From positions 34,164,001 through 34,228,000 of the forward strand of contig CM097885.1 in NCBI GenBank assembly GCA_044892525.1: a stretch of 64,000 nucleotides of DNA, read 5' to 3'. The notes beneath the pieces are model-generated. The model was not told the DNA's origin and searched no databases. It saw only the letters and a list, made by a program, of their open reading frames with translations. Numbering within the stretch: the stretch's first letter is position 1; every line of letters begins with the position of its first letter. A program made the translations under genes and the position numbers. The DNA is from Schmidtea polychroa (taxonomy: Eukaryota). Shown here piece by piece: positions 61,870 to 64,000 of this stretch.

Positions 61870-64000
61870 AGTTAAAACATTTATTAATTATAATAAATTT
61901 GATATTTGTATTTACAATAGGACAGTGTTCAGCATGGAACACGCCTTTCGAGAAAATAACAAGAACAAAAGAGTCAGAAAGAAATCGATCATATTCAATG
62001 TATTTTTCGGGATTATTTCGACTCAGATGTTAATGTCAATTTTCTGATTAGTCCCTGGCTCTGATGATATCGCAGTCATCGGATGTTTTATCCGGCTTTG
62101 AATATTGGAGTGTTCAATTACATCAGTTTTCACCAGTCATTCAACCTGCAATCTGTTTCCTGGGCTGATGTTGAGAATCTGAACCTTCAATACGCAGCAT
62201 CGAAACAATATCCCTGCAATAGACAAAAAAAGCATATTTACATGTTTATAAATATATACAACTGCCTTTCTTTTGGAGGGTTCATCTAAAATTCTAAATA
62301 TATACAAAGATATTTATACATATACATTGATATTTAAAAACCCGAGAATGACAATGCTTCTGAGATCTTAGAGCAATTTGTTATGGAGATTTTTCTAATT
62401 AAGGTCTGCTAAAGTGCCAGTTTTGTGGTAGTACCACCGTCTGGCAGAATGTGTGATGTTACTTATCGTACATTCCTTCAGTAGACTGTTTATTTCTGTG
62501 CGTTTAACTCCAATTTTTAAAAGGATTTCAGGAGTTGATGACGGAAAAGAACCCAAAGCTCCGATAATACAAGTGTCAAGTTCGACTTTGAAATCAGGTT
62601 TGACAGCTTGTATTTCATTCTTAAGCGATTCGTATTTAATTAAATTTGAAGAGTCAACTAGTTGAAAGTTCTTGACAGAGTCGATAGGACATTTCATGTC
62701 AACTAGAAAGATCTTCCTTTTCAACAAATCAGTGATCATTAAATCCACTCGTTCTTTGGAATTCGGAACAAGTGAACAGATATGATCTACTACAACAATC
62801 AAGTTGGGATTTTTCATTAATCGATTAGTGATTAATTTCAGACAGTCATCATGTCGCTCTGAGGCAAGGGTCAGATGGACTTTACAAGATTGAATGACAT
62901 GTGACATTGTCTCTTCCTCAGTTTGACAACGACGACAAAGTCTTTTACCACCTTTATTGTAAGGCTTCGCATTGACTGAGAGGGAGTTTGTGCGAGCTCT
63001 GTGTATGAAGTTCCAAGCAAATTCAGAGAGAGCACCACGAAAAATTGCGATGTTTATTTTAGGCGAAAGTCTGATTGCTGCAGCTATAATGTTGGAGTTA
63101 TGACTGTTCTCTCCTTTCAAAAGATAGGCATCGCAGAGTGCCATGTGCAAAACCTTAGACGTGGTTTGGCGTAAGTCAGAAGTGAGAATACACGTGCCAC
63201 GCATTGCTGTTGTAATATAAAGCGATGTTTCTTGCTTTGTTACAATAAATGCTATTGAGATTTTGTGATATTTTTCAAAAAATGCAATAGCAGTTCTGAC
63301 TCGCTGGAATCGAGTTTTCTTTCCAGAATGGCAAAGTTTGGATTGCTTACCATTGAGCCAGTCAAGACTCTCCTGTAGTGTAGGGTCTTTTATTCCGAGT
63401 CGAGGTCCAGTGACAAAGCTCAGAGAATCAGTGTTGATCTTTTTCGCAAAGTCACACTTCGATGTTAAGAGTCGAAAGAAATGTGTTATTGTCTGTGTGT
63501 GATATTCGTCAAGAAGGTCTACACAGTTTGCTCCTCCGTTTTCAGTTGAGTTGTAGAAATAACTTACTTCAGAGTGATTTGGCAAAAGTAACATTTTTCT
63601 GAGACAACTCCTCACTTGACTGGTGATGTTGACAGAACGATTACTATTGGCGCTTGGTTTTGAAAGAGCGCTAGTTTTAATTTCGCGAGTTCTAAAGGGA
63701 AAAATCAAACGTGAATGGACAAAGATCTTATAAGCTTTAAGTTTTTGCCATCCAAGTAGGTCAGAGTCGGCAAGTTTTTTCGTGTCAGATACGACCTTCT
63801 CAAGAATGTCATATGGATTCTGATCAGTCTCTTCACCAACAAGCACTCCAAGATACTGATAAAATTCATTAGGTTGTAATTTTTTGATTTTAATGCTGTC
63901 AATCGAAATTTCACTATCTATTTCAAGGTTTGGCAATTGAAGATATGCACACTTTTCAGGGCGATATTCAAAGCCAATTTCAGCTGCAGTTGCTACAGCT
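61870..64000 (-). mobile_element. NeSL-like non-LTR retrotransposon, copy 2 (3' portion; continues beyond right edge)
   Basis: RT thumb, CCHC knuckle, RLE and 525-nt 3' UTR joined to tRNA-Phe nucleotide 7. Confidence 0.93.
62395..63999 (-). CDS. Retrotransposon polyprotein C-terminus: RT thumb, CCHC zinc knuckle, restriction-like endonuclease (partial)
   Basis: KC...YQYLG; GGAN; CRRC...ETMSHVIQSC; RHDD; RVDLM...VDMKCP...KY; IIGALG; frame open to window edge. Confidence 0.92.
   Translation of the reverse strand, partial: AVATAAEIGFEYRPEKCAYLQLPNLEIDSEISIDSIKIKKLQPNEFYQYLGVLVGEETDQNPYDILEKVVSDTKKLADSDLLGWQKLKAYKIFVHSRLIFPFRTREIKTSALSKPSANSNRSVNITSQVRSCLRKMLLLPNHSEVSYFYNSTENGGANCVDLLDEYHTQTITHFFRLLTSKCDFAKKINTDSLSFVTGPRLGIKDPTLQESLDWLNGKQSKLCHSGKKTRFQRVRTAIAFFEKYHKISIAFIVTKQETSLYITTAMRGTCILTSDLRQTTSKVLHMALCDAYLLKGENSHNSNIIAAAIRLSPKINIAIFRGALSEFAWNFIHRARTNSLSVNAKPYNKGGKRLCRRCQTEEETMSHVIQSCKVHLTLASERHDDCLKLITNRLMKNPNLIVVVDHICSLVPNSKERVDLMITDLLKRKIFLVDMKCPIDSVKNFQLVDSSNLIKYESLKNEIQAVKPDFKVELDTCIIGALGSFPSSTPEILLKIGVKRTEINSLLKECTISNITHSARRWYYHKTGTLADLN

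Overview
Very AT-rich eukaryotic (animal) genomic DNA. The composition, many 41-60 nt introns and the TE repertoire suggest a planarian-like flatworm, but that is inference. Positions 1-48312 hold the 5' part (38 exons traced, about 2,145 codons, in phase throughout) of a minus-strand Piezo mechanosensitive channel gene that runs off the left edge. Its large introns contain DNA-transposon relics (Merlin, pogo/Tigger, hAT, Tc1/mariner, piggyBac, Harbinger-like, Chapaev3-like), a palindromic repeat family and a 31-bp minisatellite. Positions 49.8-64 kb are a nested mobile-element locus built on a tRNA-Phe(GAA) tandem array with a 255-bp unit. Two ~97% identical copies of a NeSL-like non-LTR retrotransposon (Ulp1 protease + RT + CCHC + restriction-like endonuclease; reconstructed single ORF ~2,418 aa) are both joined to tRNA-Phe genes. 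The 3' end of one sits exactly after tRNA nucleotide 6. The 5' end of the other starts inside the Pol III terminator behind a complete tRNA, which suggests a tRNA-specific element whose insertion leaves or regenerates an intact tRNA. One array spacer is split by a 5,505-bp TG...CA element with a 4-bp TSD (probable giant solo LTR) carrying two GC-rich orphan ORFs (AT-hook and coiled-coil).
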